A DNA stretch of 64,000 bases, from NCBI GenBank assembly GCA_964016885.1, contig OZ024742.1, forward strand, positions 155,930,001-155,994,000, written 5' to 3'. Position numbers and translations under genes: made by a program. Shown in pieces: positions 36,901-50,368 of this stretch (its first letter is position 1; every line of letters begins with the position of its first letter). The notes under the pieces are model-generated. The model was not told where the DNA came from, did not search any database, and saw nothing but the letters and a program-made list of their open reading frames with translations. The DNA is from Eledone cirrhosa. Taxonomy: Eukaryota.

Positions 36901-39562
36901 AGTAAGAAAATTAGACGAGGCGCTTAGCAAAGTCATCGCGACCGACATACTTGCGGCGAAATTGGCCTTGACCAATTCTTTAATGCAAAGCACGAAGGCT
37001 GCGTTGTCAGAGCTACGGTGCGTGCTCTCAGACACGAGGGGACGAAAGCCGTTCAATGGGGCCGAGTGGCGGAGGCGCGTCGTGGCAACAAAGCCACGAT
37101 CCGGTTTTTGTTGGACCACGACGGGAGCATGCTACTCGATCCCGGGCAAATGTGTGAAGCTTTTCAGCGACACTTCGCACAGCTTTTCAGCGACACTTCG
37201 CACAGCTGTTCGGGGGCAGCGGCGGATCGAGGGATGGACTTTAGTGTCTACCTCGACGGACTGCCGCGACTCTCGGCCACTGAGGCGGAGTGTTGCGAAA
37301 AGCCGATAATATCCGAAAAAGTACGGGAGGCAACGACTGGCTGCACAAGGGGTAAATCGCCTGGTTTGGATGGTCTGCCCAATGAACTTGTGTACAGATG
37401 CCAGACTTGTTCGGAGGCCTCTTGGCGGACGTGTACTGCAACTGGCAACAGAACGGGAGAATTCACAGCTCTGTGAGCCGAGGAACCGTGGAGCTGCTGA
37501 GAAAGGATCCGAACAAGGGGGATAACAGATAATTTTAGCCCCATAACTCTGCTAAACACAGAGTTCAAGATTTTGGTCAAGGTGCTAGCAAAGAGGTTAG
37601 CGCTTGTCGTTGGTGGTCTGGTGGGAGAGGCGCAGACATGCGCCATTCCCGACAGATCCATCAAACGTCAACCTCTACCTCATGCGATACATCGTATAGA
37701 GGGTAGCTAGGGAACCTGGCACGTGTGTGTCCTTGAGCAATTTAGATCAGTCGAAAGCTTTCGAAAGGGTCGACCATCGTAACCTAGCGGCAGTCCTCAG
37801 GGCGGCTGGCTTTGGGCCGTCTTCAGACGCTGGATCGCTGCCATGCACAGCGACATCTGCTCTGTGGTGACAGTGAACGGTCACCTTTCGGAACGGTTCA
37901 ACATCATGCGCTCGGTCCGCCAACGATGTCCCCTCTCGTCCCTCTTGTACGTATTGACTCTCGAGCCATTACTGCACAAACTGGAGGCGTTGAGGGTGGT
38001 CCCGTGTGAACTAGGATAAGGAAGATCCGTGTCTGCATATGCGGACGATGTCACCGTAGTGGAACACATCGAGGCGATCGGCACTACACTAAGAGAATAC
38101 GAAGCGGTGACAGGAGCAATGATCAACCAGGAAAAGTCAGTGGGCCTGCAGCTCGGCACCTGGAGAGGCAGGTCCATGCCGTCCAACAGTGTCGTCGGAC
38201 GCTGGACGGACCGGTTAAATTGCTCGAGGTCTGGTTCAGTCCGGATGTCCAGACGGACAAAAACTGGGACGAGAGGAAGCTATCCCTGAAAGGTTGAGCG
38301 GAGGAGGCTAACGCGTGTAACGCGTCCTTCATCTACTACCGCCTGACCGCCGTACCTTGTCCTAAGCCCCGCCTGACTGCGCTGGAGCGTTTGCTCTTTC
38401 GCTTTTTGTGGAAGGGACGCGCTCCGATGGTCAGGCGGTCCATCTGCTGCCAACACCCGCTACGTGGAGTGCGCTGATGATGCGCAGACACGCGCCAGGC
38501 TACGACATCTCCACCTCTTCCTCGACGGTGATCAGGTGTAGTCGCCGTTTAATAGACGCGTCTTTCCCCAGCTCGTCTCCTTGACGGAGCTGCAGTTCTG
38601 GGTCAAGCGAAGACCGAGAGGGAGTGCTTGGAGACTGTAATGTCCTCAGGCGCTCACAGCCCGAGACCTATCGGGCAATGTGATCTGTGGAAACTCCACC
38701 TTGGCGTTCTCTAGAGGTTAGTGGACCAGAAGAGCGACGACGTACTTGGGGAAACTCTAGGCGTCGACGAAATTCAATTAGCCAATCTCTTCGGAAGAAC
38801 TTTTGGGCTGTGGCCTATGGACAACTTCCAGAAATCCTTGGCCTGGCAGTGCTACCGAGGAGCTTTGCCAGTTCGGGATAAACTCTACAGGCATGGAGGT
38901 GCCGTCAGCCGGGCATGTCTGAGATGCGCGCAGGGCGACGAAACCGTCCTGCACGCACTCGTCCAGTGTCTGAGTATTGCTGACTTGTGGGTTTATGTCG
39001 AACACCTGCTGTCGGTCGCGTGTAGGACGGATCCAGCCATGAGCTGAGTCCATCGTGAGGATTGCCCCACCCTCTTCCTTTAGCCGGGAAGGGCAGGGAG
39101 TTTTTATCTGTCTGGTGGCCATGGCGAAAGAGATAGTATGGTGGACACGTTTGAAAAGGCTGAAGACGAGCACTGACCTCTTCAGTGATGCCCTGATTAA
39201 CTTTTTCAAGTTTCATTTGAAAAGGAAAATCATGGTAGATAGGGAAGTGCTCTCTTCCCAGTATTTTGTTGAAAGATAGGTGAGAGAGTCAAGAATGGCC
39301 TGAGTATGTGTCTGTAAATTAAAGGTGGAAAACTGGGAGAGGGCACTTGCCCTGGTGGTCAGTGTCACCGTGGCTTTTTAATGGGATTTCTCCACGAATA
39401 TCCCTCGGAAGTCTCCCCCCGATTGGGACATTTTTTCATTGTTCTATTATTACATCCTCTGTTTCTTGTTGTTTACACGCAGAAATGCCCATTTATACCG
39501 TCCTGTATTGTCATGTACTGTCCTTAATGTCTACTATTAACCCTTGTGGTTAATAAAGAAAA

Positions 39563-39563
<1 letters not shown>
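33939..39563 (+). mobile_element. Full-length but frameshifted Tx1/L1-clade LINE flanked by (ATT)n at both ends
   Basis: ORF1 CVVCGEGTHLRAFC; ORF2 ATG at 36040, GDWN, SYLDR, SAYADD, zinc finger; AATAAA at 39552 then (ATT)10. Confidence 0.92.
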
Positions 39564-39593
<30 letters not shown>

Positions 39594-41545
39594 GGGTCTG
39601 AACAGACGTCCTTTCGCTCGCTTTCGTAAGTTTATTTATTTACCTGTCAAAACATATTTATTGAATTTTTGTTGTTGTGTATGGCATACAAGCCCTTGAA
39701 TTGCCCTGTGAAGGGTAAAGTATAATATTTGGACCTTTTTGCACAAATATTTGAGCTTTTTTACATTTTAAAATATTATTAAAAAAAACAAACAAACAAA
39801 AAATGGCTGAGCCACGCCCCCCAGCGATATGTCTGCTGTCGTGTGACAACGACGTAAACGTTGAGAGGAATGTTCCGGCGAATTTAACAGAAATTGATAC
39901 AACAAGCACCACCAAAAACAACGTTAATAAAAACAGCAATGATAACATCACTGAGAACTGTAATTTTGAAAATAATGACAGTAACAGCGACAGCCAAAAT
40001 ACGGATAACAGAAAAAATGACAACAAATGCAACAACAATATCAACACCACTAACATGAAAACAAATAGCGACAACAGCAACAGCAACAATACCGACTGCA
40101 CCGAGAACAACGGCGGCACCAAAGACAACAATGATAACAGCGACAGTGATAAGAACAACAACACCAACACTAACAAGGACAAAAACAACAACACCACCAA
40201 TAACACCACAACACTTTCGCTGCGGCAGCAGCCAAAAAGAGGCCATGCTTCAACATGGACCTCTCAAACAAAGATGAAAAGTTGGCCCAGGACTGGAAGC
40301 TCATCATTCAAGAGAAAACCTGTGCCGGTAGAAGCTATTGAGGCAATGGAGCGCAGAAAGGTGCATTACAGATGCATCTCAGCACAAACCAAAAGGGCAG
40401 CTTCAATCCCACAAGTAGATGTTGAAGTCGCGCTGAGGTGCGTCAGGGATGACACCGAATAAATAGCGAGGGGCAGACAATACGGCACCATTTCGGTGCT
40501 CTTTAAGTCAGAAGCCGTCGCTATGAAACACGCTATAGCACCTTGCAAAACCAGCAAGGTCATAATGTATCCTTCCCACATGGGAAAAAGAACGGCCCGT
40601 ATCCGCATTTCCAGAATCCCACCAGGACTTGACATGTGGTGGCTTCTGGGATGTGTGATTTTGGAGGGGACGGATACCGTCCTGATAGAAGTGACAAGAA
40701 CTGCCAGAGAGGACTGGTCAGGGGTTGACCTGGAGATACTTCTCCAGATCAGGCCGGAGAATGTGAAGACAATCCCGGACCACATCCACCTTCAGAATGG
40801 GACGGCCATTCATATTATGACCGAGGCCAAAAGGGCGCATTGTTTTGTTTGTGGGGGGGGAAAACCCCATTTGCGAGCCTTCTGCCCTCAACTGCTGAAA
40901 GATGCAAGAGGTTGAAGTGCTCCACTACTGCCGACACCGGGGAGAGAACCACAACCAACACCAGCACCGACAAAACCACCAGCAACAACACCAATAGAAA
41001 GACCACCACCAACTTTTACCAACCAGGGGGGGGGGAGAGAAAAGTAGTCAAATTCCTCCTCCCCCCAACATCACACACATCAATAAATACATAAACACAC
41101 ACACAGACACATTTACAGATACATACCCCTTATCTAATAGTATTGAAGATGAGGGAAAGCCAAAATACAAAATAAGGAAACACAAAAACAATAAAAAAAC
41201 TCAACAAAGCCCCAAAACACCCCCAATAAAGATGCAGACACCACCCACGCAAACATCTCCCCAACAACACCAACATCAACACCACCACCACCATTACCAG
41301 AATCCCCCAAACGCAAACAACCTAAACAGACGCAAGAACATCTGAAACCACAGCCAACTCACTAACAACAAACACAGACACAACCGAAAACAACGCCATC
41401 AAAACAATCACCACCACAGCCACGCAAACAAATAAAATCACAAAATCAAACCATACAAAACTTCGTGCTCGTCAGCAGGGCCAACGAGGAACTGATGGCC
41501 CTCGTAAGACGAAGTGAAGATATACAAAAAGAGGGGGAAATGTTT
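39594..41545 (+). mobile_element. Tx1 5' UTR and ORF1 (Asn-rich N-terminus), head-to-tail after the previous copy
   Basis: Begins immediately after (ATT)10; RGRQYGTISVLF, REDWSG, CFVCGGGKPHLRAFC. Confidence 0.8.
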
Positions 41546-41840
41546 AAATGTAGAAATGAAGGTGAGGGTGGAGAGACAAGTGCTACCCCCAGTACATTTT
41601 CTGAAAGGTGGCGAGCATGTCCCGTGTGAGTGGGCCTACTCTGGTCATGCGCCTGTAGGTGGATACATTTGAGGAGAGGGGTGCCCTTCCAGGGTGCTCT
41701 TGTAACGTCGGCTCGTTCAGGATTGATGGGGGTACCAGAGCGAACCCTGGGTGGTCATCCCTCCCTATTGGGAAATTTTTCTTGTTGTATTTTTCTTGTT
41801 GAAATTTTTCTTGTTGTATTTTTCTTGTATTTTTTCTTGC
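41546..41840 (+). mobile_element. Short Tx1 3'-end fragment of the 16-18 kb subfamily
   Basis: GAAGGTGAGGGTGGAGAGA, GGGCCTACTCTG and GAGGGGTGCCCT shared with 17710-17950. Confidence 0.75.
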
Positions 41841-43232
41841 AAACACAACAAAACACTTACACCCAACAGCAACAAAATCGCCCCTCCCCCCAAAAAGTAC
41901 ACAACTATAAACATGGCAATTAAAGAAATCCTACAATATATAAAGCAGCACACATATCACAAAAAAACTACTACACCAAGAACTCTCCCGACAAACATAA
42001 GCATAATTGAAATCTCAATAGAACGTTACAAACTTGTAAAGAAAAAATTCCCCAACGCAGTTGGAGACTTCAGAGGGTCGGTTACCAACAGGATATACAC
42101 GGATATCTACTTGGAAACACCCATGACCAGCCAAAGGGATGGTTCTACTGTCAACTCCACCACACAATCAAGGTAAGTGATCCTTTCTCACTTAATCCGT
42201 TTCTCATCCAACATGGCCGTACATAGAATAGGCAGTATAAATGTACGTGGCCTGGCGTCATCTTGGAAGCAGGGTCACATGCTCAACGACCTCAGGTCAC
42301 TAAACATAGATGTGGTGGCCATCAGCGAGACCAGAATCTCCGAAGCACGAGCCTTCGCACCGATCTTCGGTGGCTACGATGAATACGCATCTCCCAGCCG
42401 TCCAGGATCGGGGGAGAGGTTTTGCCGTGCTTTTTCGGAGAGGTTTAGATCTCGTCATACGGGCCATCTTCCTGTACACAGAAGGTTAGTCGGTGGTGCT
42501 GGACGTGACCGGCAGCGAAGGCAATGATTTCAGGCTAGTAGCCCTCTACGCCCCAACAGGGGCTGGACGGCCAGATTTCTTCAGACGTCTAGAGGCCCTT
42601 CTTTGGAACGTCCCGCACTTTAGTGTTAGTGGGCGACTGGAACGGTATCTTAGATGCACGCTGGGATTATGTGGGGCTAGTGGACAGGGCAGGAGCGTGT
42701 AAAACACTCAACAACCTGCTCAGACGTTTTGAACTGTCTGACAAGTATAGACTGGATTATCCGAATGTGCCAATGTGGACATGGGAACATCGTATCGGGT
42801 AATTCAGATCGTATGTAGATAGGGTATTCTGTAGAGAAACAGATAAGGCTAGTGTAGGTTGTCAACAAATCAAAGTGTCGACAGCACAGACAACACATTT
42901 GTGATTTGTGAAGTTGACGTAGATAGACTCCATAGGCAAGGACCTGGCTACTGGAAGCTGAACGCGTCTTTCCCGCCGCGCAGAGCTTACAGTGACCGGA
43001 TTAGTGAATTAGTTAAGCGTGCGTTGACGGGTGCGATCGTCAACAACAGGTGGTGGTTTACCCTGAAAATAGCTATTAGAGTAGAATCGATAAGGTTTAG
43101 CAAAGGAATAGTGATAGAGGAAATAGAGTAGAGGGAGAGTTAGTTAGAAAGTTAGAAGAGGCGTTTAGGACAGGCATCGCAACCAACGTGGTTGCGGCGA
43201 GATTGGCACTCGACCAATTCTTCAACGTTGTC
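41841..43232 (+). mobile_element. Tx1 fragment: ORF1 C-terminus and APE domain
   Basis: KFPNAVGDFR shared with about 21960; IGSINVRGL, ISETR, GYWKLN. Confidence 0.85.
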
Positions 43233-43599
43233 AGAGATAGAGCGTGTGCTGTAAGACACGAGGTGAAGAAATGCCGGCGGACAGAATGGAGAAGGCGTTT
43301 CCCCGGAGGATGGTAAGGGAGATGCTCTGGAAGAGCCATTGGTTGTTTGAGATTGATGAATAAGGTAAATATACGAAGTGAAATTGGTTGAAACAAAAAT
43401 TACTTGGTTCGGGTAGTCCGTTATTAAATAATACACTTCGTAAACAAAGCCAACTATGAACAAAGGACCTACACTAGATTTAAGACATATATATTTCCTG
43501 ACTCTTATATTTCATAAACCATCCACAAACCCATCCTACTTACTAGTATTGAGGAGATAGATAATCATGCTCCAGTTGTCATATTACACAGCCTCTGTA

Positions 43600-43800
43600 A
43601 ATTGTTTCTAATTTTGGCATAACGTCAGCAATGTTGGTGGAAAGAGAAAGTCGATAATATCAACACCAGCATTTGATAGTACAATAGTTTACCGTCCGCG
43701 AAATGATTTGAGCCCAGTTTGGCTTTGAACTCAGGAATAAAGGCCTGAATCTGTCTGCTGCAAAGCATACTATCTTTTGCATTATCGTTATTGCCAATAC
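43600..43800 (-). mobile_element. Highly diverged SINE copy
   Basis: GTTTCTA..TTTGGCA..ACGTCAGCAAT, TTTGAACTCAG, GCAAAGCAT, TGCCAAT in SINE order. Confidence 0.55.
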
Positions 43801-45162
43801 CTACATCTTAGCTTCTATATCATAATTATCAAGACATGAACATTGCTTCTGATATGACACCTCCATGCAAAACATCACGATATTCGTTCAGCAAGCCGGC
43901 AATCATTTCAGTACACCATTTATAATATTTATAAAGCAGCGTCAGGTATCAAGTCAGGTTAATATATTAATTATACAGAGTATATTCTTGTATCCGAAAA
44001 GAAGGTTTCATGTCACAACATGACATTTTATTTTAACATGTACTTTCAGATACCTCGTGAAATATTCTTGGCGTATATCGAGCCCGTGATTCCATCTATT
44101 GAATATACGGAATCAATTCTCGGTGGCTAATGCCCCGAAAACAGTATCATATACACAGAAGTTTCTATGGGTAGTCACCTATTCATCAGTATTGGAGTTG
44201 GAAGAAGATTAATATTTCGTTGTCCACATATTAACTTCGATATTCCTAGTTTTTGTTACGTTTGTGATATTAGAGTTTCTATCGATAAATAATGTATTTT
44301 AAAAACATGCTTGTCGACGTGTTCGAAATGTGCTACTTACAATTCTCGACTATTCAGCCTATCAAAAATTAAAGATTTAAAAAGTTTTGCCTTTACATAA
44401 TTGGCTCCGGCTTTTTCCGTTTACGACAGCGTTACAACAAAAATCTGTATAATTATGGTGTTGTTATTGTTCTGAATAGTTTCCCGACTCATCACGATAA
44501 AAACGTTTCTACTGTTTCTGAGATCGTGTTAACTATGTTTATATTGTAATTATTCTAATGGTATTTCTGTGGAAAATTGCCTCGGCTGGCTCCGCGCGTG
44601 TATTTTCTAAATCCTATCATTATTTAACAGCATGTGTCATTGCTATATGTACATTCTAATAATGAATGGTTTACGAAAACATATTGATGCTTTCAACTGT
44701 TGTGATGTTAACATTATACTAACACTTTGCTGTTCAAAAACTTTGCCTTTTCATGTATAGTTATGTTTATTTTCGTTTATGGTTAGGTTTTCAATTTAAA
44801 TATTAAAAACATATTGTATTGTGTAGCGTATATAACTTATTTTGAAAATTCTGGTCGAATACGTTTGTTCATGTATGTAGATAGATAAGAACGTTAATAA
44901 ATTAAATACCGTATTCTTTTTATTTACTATAAAGGCGTTATGGTAACTGCTTGATACAAAATGAATTCAGCATAGGTAAATGAACTCAAACATGTCTTAT
45001 ACAATCCATGATATGCACACGTTGCATTATGTGGTACTATTTCTCACACATTATTCCTATTAATAATACCATAAAGCATTCTAACACCATTAACATCTAA
45101 TTTTAAACAAGTGAGATATATAAAATACCAAATTCTTGTGATTTTGAGAAACAAAAATTTAC

Positions 45163-45269
45163 CTATAATGGATTGATTAAAAAATACATAGATATATTCC
45201 AGTTGGGTCTTATTATCATTTCTCAAAAGCACTGGCCTTTTCAATGTTATATATTTTTGTTCAATATTT
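45163..45269 (-). CDS. Putative host exon (NIEQKYITLKRPVLL...NQSII)
   Basis: ttatatttAG acceptor, ag/GTaaat donor, single open frame, phase 2 to 1. Confidence 0.35.
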
Positions 45270-46049
45270 CTAAATATAACCAAACAAATTATGCCCGGAC
45301 TCCATTGGATCTAAAATAATGATGAGATGAAAACAATCGATAGCTTTGTTGGCTAAAAAGGGAATATTTTCACCTGATAAAAGAGATTCCAACTAAAATT
45401 AATAAAACGAGAAGACAATAAAGAAAACAATATTAAACAAAAACAGACAAAGCAGCATAGATAGAAAGACATCAGTCAAAAGAAGAAAAAATGATTGAAA
45501 GAATATGCCAAAGGTTAGTCAGATTACAGATAGAAACCGCTGAGAATTGCTAAAAACAACTAAAGTAGATTTCTTATAATATTCGTTATAATGAACATGG
45601 TGCAGCGATAGGGTGCTAGACGAAAGTAGCTTAGATTTTTGTGTTTGATGTTTTGTGTAGATCACAGTCTGTTTATTTTCTTGTGATTAGTATTCTGTAT
45701 TTTTTTACCTTTCACGGGGGTAGAATATATCTATAATATTATAAAGCTGAGTGTCGTGTGTATTATGTATGTATGTATCCTACACACCTCCCTATAGTTT
45801 CTTAGCTTTACTCTCTCCGTCGCTCTTCCCTCTCTCTATAATAGATCAATCCTCATCTCTATAATTTAACTGATTTACTCTCTCTGTCGCTCTTTACTCT
45901 AAAATATTATAAAGCTGAGCGTCGTCTCTCTATCTCTCCCTCTTTCACCCTCTCTATAATTTAACTGCTTTACTCTCTGCCTCTCTTCATTCTCTATATG
46001 ACAACACTCTTTTACTTTCCGTATCTACCTTCAATATATCAATATATAC

Positions 46050-46260
46050 CCAGGTTCTGCTGCAGATCGGGTTGAGGGGGCAGTGGAGACTTCTGGTGTC
46101 CTCGGCTCCAAGGCTAACTCCTTACTCACCACCATAGGCGCTGAGCTGCCAGCCGCAGGTGTGAGCCCCACGAGTTGGAGTGGCTTTCCCAGCGCGTCTG
46201 CCTTGCCGTCCTCCAAGGAAACGCCTTCTCCATTCTGTCCGCCGGGGCTGTGGGTGGGCC
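46050..46260. repeat. Unidentified GC-rich interspersed repeat fragment; inverted partial copy at 43270-43345
   Basis: CCGGCGGACAGAATGGAGAAGGCGTTTCC at about 43273 and its reverse complement at about 46217-46245. Confidence 0.65.
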
Positions 46261-46674
46261 CCATAGCGTACCGTTGTAGTTGTTGTATACAGATATTAAC
46301 TCATCGATCCCATTATTTATATCATATATCAACATAGAGATGAGCGTGGTATGTATGTTTATTTCAAAAGGATAACCTTCAAATTCGGTCAACACACAAG
46401 CAGTTAATACATACATCAAAAGGCAACCCTCTTAGAGAGACAGAGAGTGAAAGAGACTGATTAGGAAAACTACACACACACACACATCTAAATAGAGAGA
46501 GGGGAGAGAGGAGAGAACGACAGGGAAAGAGAAAGAGAGTGACGGGCAGCCCGGTAATACATACATCTAAAATCATTTGGATACAAATATAATATAATGG
46601 TTGCAGAACGGAAATACAGACAAATATAATAATGTATTTATCCCACACACTTTTTCTGTCGTCGCTCGCATAAG

Positions 46675-46727
<53 letters not shown>

Positions 46728-46924
46728 TACATACACACACAGAGGCACACACACATAAATATACATACTTTCACACCTGATTTCGCCTATTGCCGGATAA
46801 CATCAAAACAAAACACACATACACACACATGCGCATACACACATACACAAACACACATATGCATACACAAACACACACGCATATCTATACTTTATATGTA
46901 TGTATATATGTAAATATGTATGTA

Positions 46925-47548
46925 TGTCAGGTCACCAGTTGGTGCTACTGGTAACATGTATCCCAGTACAACCTGTCTCATGGTCGGGTCGTTGGCGACT
47001 AAACTGGCAACACACCCAAGGTTTCTTGGTGAGGAGGGTGACTTTGGACATCCTGCAGGACTAAAAACAAAACCTGTCAAAGGGCAAAGGAGCTCTTAAG
47101 AGTCAATGGCCATCCAAAATCACTGGGAGAGATGACCCCTTAGCCTTTGTCAAGGCAGAATTCTAGGAGAAGGAAAACTCTGATATAACACCTGCAACCC
47201 TGATGGTATCCAATGATGTTGACTTGTTCTTCTTTTTGGTAAATATCATCTTGGTTAAGAGAGTGGGACTGGCTTTGTGCAGTGCCTTTGCTCACTATAA
47301 AAGCTTCACGGCACAGGCATTGCTTTATATCTGGAGATCTCTCTGCACTTGTCGTCACATGGTACCATGGGCCCTGCACTATGTGTCAATAATTGTCACA
47401 GGTGTAGTGTTTGTACCAGTGTTTTCAAGTCGCTGGCTGGACTAAAAAGTCGCACTCGTTCAGCGCATTGGTAGGAGTTCTCCTACATGGGTATAAAGTA
47501 GTGGCCGTACTCGAAAACGAGTTGGCAGCCACCATGTATGTATGTATG
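46925..47548 (+). mobile_element. Bipartite non-autonomous RTE-derived element with (ATGT)n tail; partial tandem copy at 47549-47717
   Basis: RTE-like 5' UTR motif GGAGAAGGAAAACTCTGA fused to a C-terminal zinc finger remnant CSVCTSVFKSLAGLKSRTRSAH; third copy at 59402-59750. Confidence 0.7.
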
Positions 47549-47717
47549 GTAACATGTATCCCAGTACAACCTGTCTCATGGTCGGGTCGTTGGCGACTAA
47601 ACTGGCAACACCACCAATGATTTTTGGTGAGGAGGGTGACTTTGGACATTCTGCAGAACTAAAAACAAAACCTGTCAAAAGGGCAAAGGAGCTCTTAAGA
47701 GTCAATGGCCATCCAAA

Positions 47718-49149
47718 TTATCCACTCACTCTATGCTAAACCCATGGCCTCCAAATACCTGATACTCAAAAACACAGCAATGTCCAGTAGTGCTAAGTTT
47801 AATATTCTGATCGCAGACTTGGTACGAGTGATGAAGAACGTGTCCCGCATGTGTGACCCAACAGAAATGGAAAGACACATCCAACACTTCATCAACCGCA
47901 TGCAGTTCTCTGGCTACAACCAAAGAGACAGAATCAGACTATACGAATGAGCCACGGAGAAGTATAAGACCCTCATAGAACTGGACATGAAAGAAATTTG
48001 TCAATTATACAGGAGCAAATCATGGAATAGCTTAGATAGGGCTAGACATAAGATAGGGAAAGCCACCTCATGGTACGACAACCAGAGATACCAGAGTATC
48101 ATGTTTGTGGACGCTACCCCTGGAGGGAAATTAGCTAACCAGTGTAGAAAGACCCTGAGAAAGACCCATTTAAAGATTAAGGTGGTAGAAAAGCCAGGAA
48201 CCACCATAAAATCCCTGATCAGCAAAACCTACCCTTTTACGAAAACCCACTGTACTAATAGGAAATGTATCATATGTAAAGTAAACCACCGGATAAACTG
48301 TAAAACTAGAAACGTAGTCTATAGCATAAGATGTACAGAGGGTATTTGCAGAAACATGACAACAACATACCTAGGCGAGACAGCTCGCAACATAGGTGAA
48401 AGGATAGACCAATACTGGGGGGAACTAAAAGGACGAAAAACGGTTCAGTACTATACGAACAGGCCAGACAACAACACGACGGTAACATAGACAACATAGA
48501 TTTTAGAATAATATCTAAACATAGAAATGACCCAGCAGATAGGCAAATGAGAGAGGCCAGTGAAATAGAACATAGAAGGCCAAGGCTAGACAGAAAAAAT
48601 TAAAGGAATAACAACACCCAAACAAACAACTCTGACATAAGAGAAGTATAAATAAATAAATAAATAGATACATAAATAAATACATACACAAGCACAATAA
48701 CAGCAAACACATATAAACACACACTAGTAAAGATAGAATACACAGTCACCCAATCACGAACACACATCAAACAAAACACAATACACACACGCAAACGCAT
48801 GCGCAAAGAAGACAACAAAAATAAACGAATAAATAAATATATAAACAAACTAAATAAAGATGCCGTAGAAATTAAAATGCAACGGGAGGAAACAATAGCA
48901 CCACTGACGATGTTGCAGATGTGCAACGAAATAACTTTGATATACTATATATATATATGTGTGTTCTTGTCTATATTGTATCTGTATTTTTGACCGTTGG
49001 TCAGTCAATGGCAACATTGAGGACCGAATAAATTAGATTACCGATATAAAAGACACAGAAGCGAAAAGCGAAAACCAACCAAACAGTGAATGTGTTCTGT
49101 TATTAATTCTGGCAATATTACACAAATATGACCCTCCCCAAGTATAACA

Positions 49150-49152
<3 letters not shown>
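47718..49152 (+). mobile_element. 5'-truncated PLE (Naiad-like): RT thumb, GIY-YIG, 3' pseudo-LTR
   Basis: YAKPMASKY, MQFSGY, FVDATPGG, CIICKVNHRINCKTRNVVYSIRC, YLGETAR; ends ATGACCCTCCCAAGTATAACAATA before (TA)n, like 11022-11047. Confidence 0.88.
48901..48940 (+). ncRNA. Type I hammerhead motif in the PLE 3' UTR
   Basis: CTGACGA t gttgca-gatg-tgcaac GAA A-taac-T T; perfect 6-bp stem II, stem I decayed. Confidence 0.65.
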
Positions 49153-49191
<39 letters not shown>

Positions 49192-49564
49192 CAAAGGAAT
49201 TGTGGTAAGGAACCAGATGGATCCTAACGCACCAGTGTACTCAATACTTAGGGTAGTAGAGTTAGTTGGAAATAGGAAAAAGTATGTCTTTGACGGCAGA
49301 GCTGAAGCATTTTCATGGCACTGTTAATAGAGAAGACATTGGTCATAGACCCACTTCTAGAGTCCTCAATGCTCTGGAGGGAGGGGGAATAAGGGAGGGA
49401 GAGAAATAAGAATTGTATGGGGAAAGGAAGTTTTAGTTTTGTGATGTCATCAATGGGGGTGTGATGGACAAATAGGTGGTAAGGGATGTGTACTGAATTG
49501 GGGTACATTATTAGTGTGTAGTAAGAGGAAATGTAGAGGTGTTTGGTTTTAGAGTAGGGGCGTG

Positions 49565-49619
<55 letters not shown>

Positions 49620-49621
<2 letters not shown>

Positions 49622-49800
49622 ATTTGTTCTACTTTAGGCACAATGCCAGCAATTACTCAGTACATTACTGGTACTTCATTTTATCGACCCCGTAATGATG
49701 AAAGTTAACCTCGGCGTGATTTGAACTCAGTCCGCAAAGGGAAGTAACTCTTTGCTGCAAAGCATGGCATTCGACCCTCTACCGATACTGCCAATACACC
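49620..49800 (-). mobile_element. Full-length SINE
   Basis: SINE core and head. Confidence 0.88.
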
Positions 49801-49877
49801 ATAATATAATATAATGTAATATACAGTAATATATGTATATATATTACTGTATATTTTTTCTCGTGGTGATGAAATAC

Positions 49878-50024
49878 ATTTCCATAATGTTGAAGTAGAT
49901 ATATAATTGGTGACGAGGTGTAGAGTCGGTATTCATCAAATTATATTTTTTTCTGAACACAGTATTAAATTTCTTGCATATCGTGCCACTATACACGATG
50001 TAGATGGCGGGAAATATTGAGCGA
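49878..50024 (-). CDS. Putative host exon (RSIFPAIYIVYSG...FNIME)
   Basis: tatgtAG acceptor, GTattt donor, phase 2 to 2, open frame. Confidence 0.25.
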
Positions 50025-50368
50025 CTACATATATAACATAAAATATCAAATAACAAGTCATTTACAATTCATTATACTGAATAGATTAAATAGTAATAGA
50101 TATATTACTTGTTTTTACAGCTCAATTAAATTTCACTGAAATACTTATGTTTGCTTTGTGTGTGCGTATTCATTTTATTATTCTGGAGTTATTCTGGAGT
50201 GTTGCCTGTTTATGTAGGACCGTGTGATTTGCTTTTTTATTGAGTTTTAGACGCTTATTTTCATTTTGCAACACGTTAAGATTGATGAGCAGGTCATTTA
50301 TGTGATTATAAATGATAAAACATCAAGATTGTAAAATTATTCTGCAGGCCTGACTTCATGAACCACAC

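Noticed and set aside
39658-40246. Hydrophobic membrane-protein-like ORFs (also 22111-22686, 23025-23372)
   Set aside because: Antisense readings of low-complexity Tx1 ORF1 regions
41775-41840. Short spaced repeats (ATTTTTCTTGTTG) resembling an array
   Set aside because: Slippage duplication in a LINE 3' UTR; no unique spacers and no cas genes
44050-44130. Plus-strand peptide IPREIFLAYIEPVIPSIEY resembling the ATG3 C-terminus
   Set aside because: Too short, no other ATG3 exons seen, and the opposite strand gives an equally plausible exon
45730-46030. Helitron-like 5' start TCTATAATATTATAAAG with internal short repeats
   Set aside because: No convincing 3' hairpin plus CTRR end found
47948-47950. 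In-frame TGA joining two PLE ORFs, suggesting selenocysteine as reported for some Naiad elements
   Set aside because: Context (LYE*ATEKY) does not look like a conserved Cys site, CGA to TGA decay is simpler, the copy has other lesions, and I could not see a SECIS
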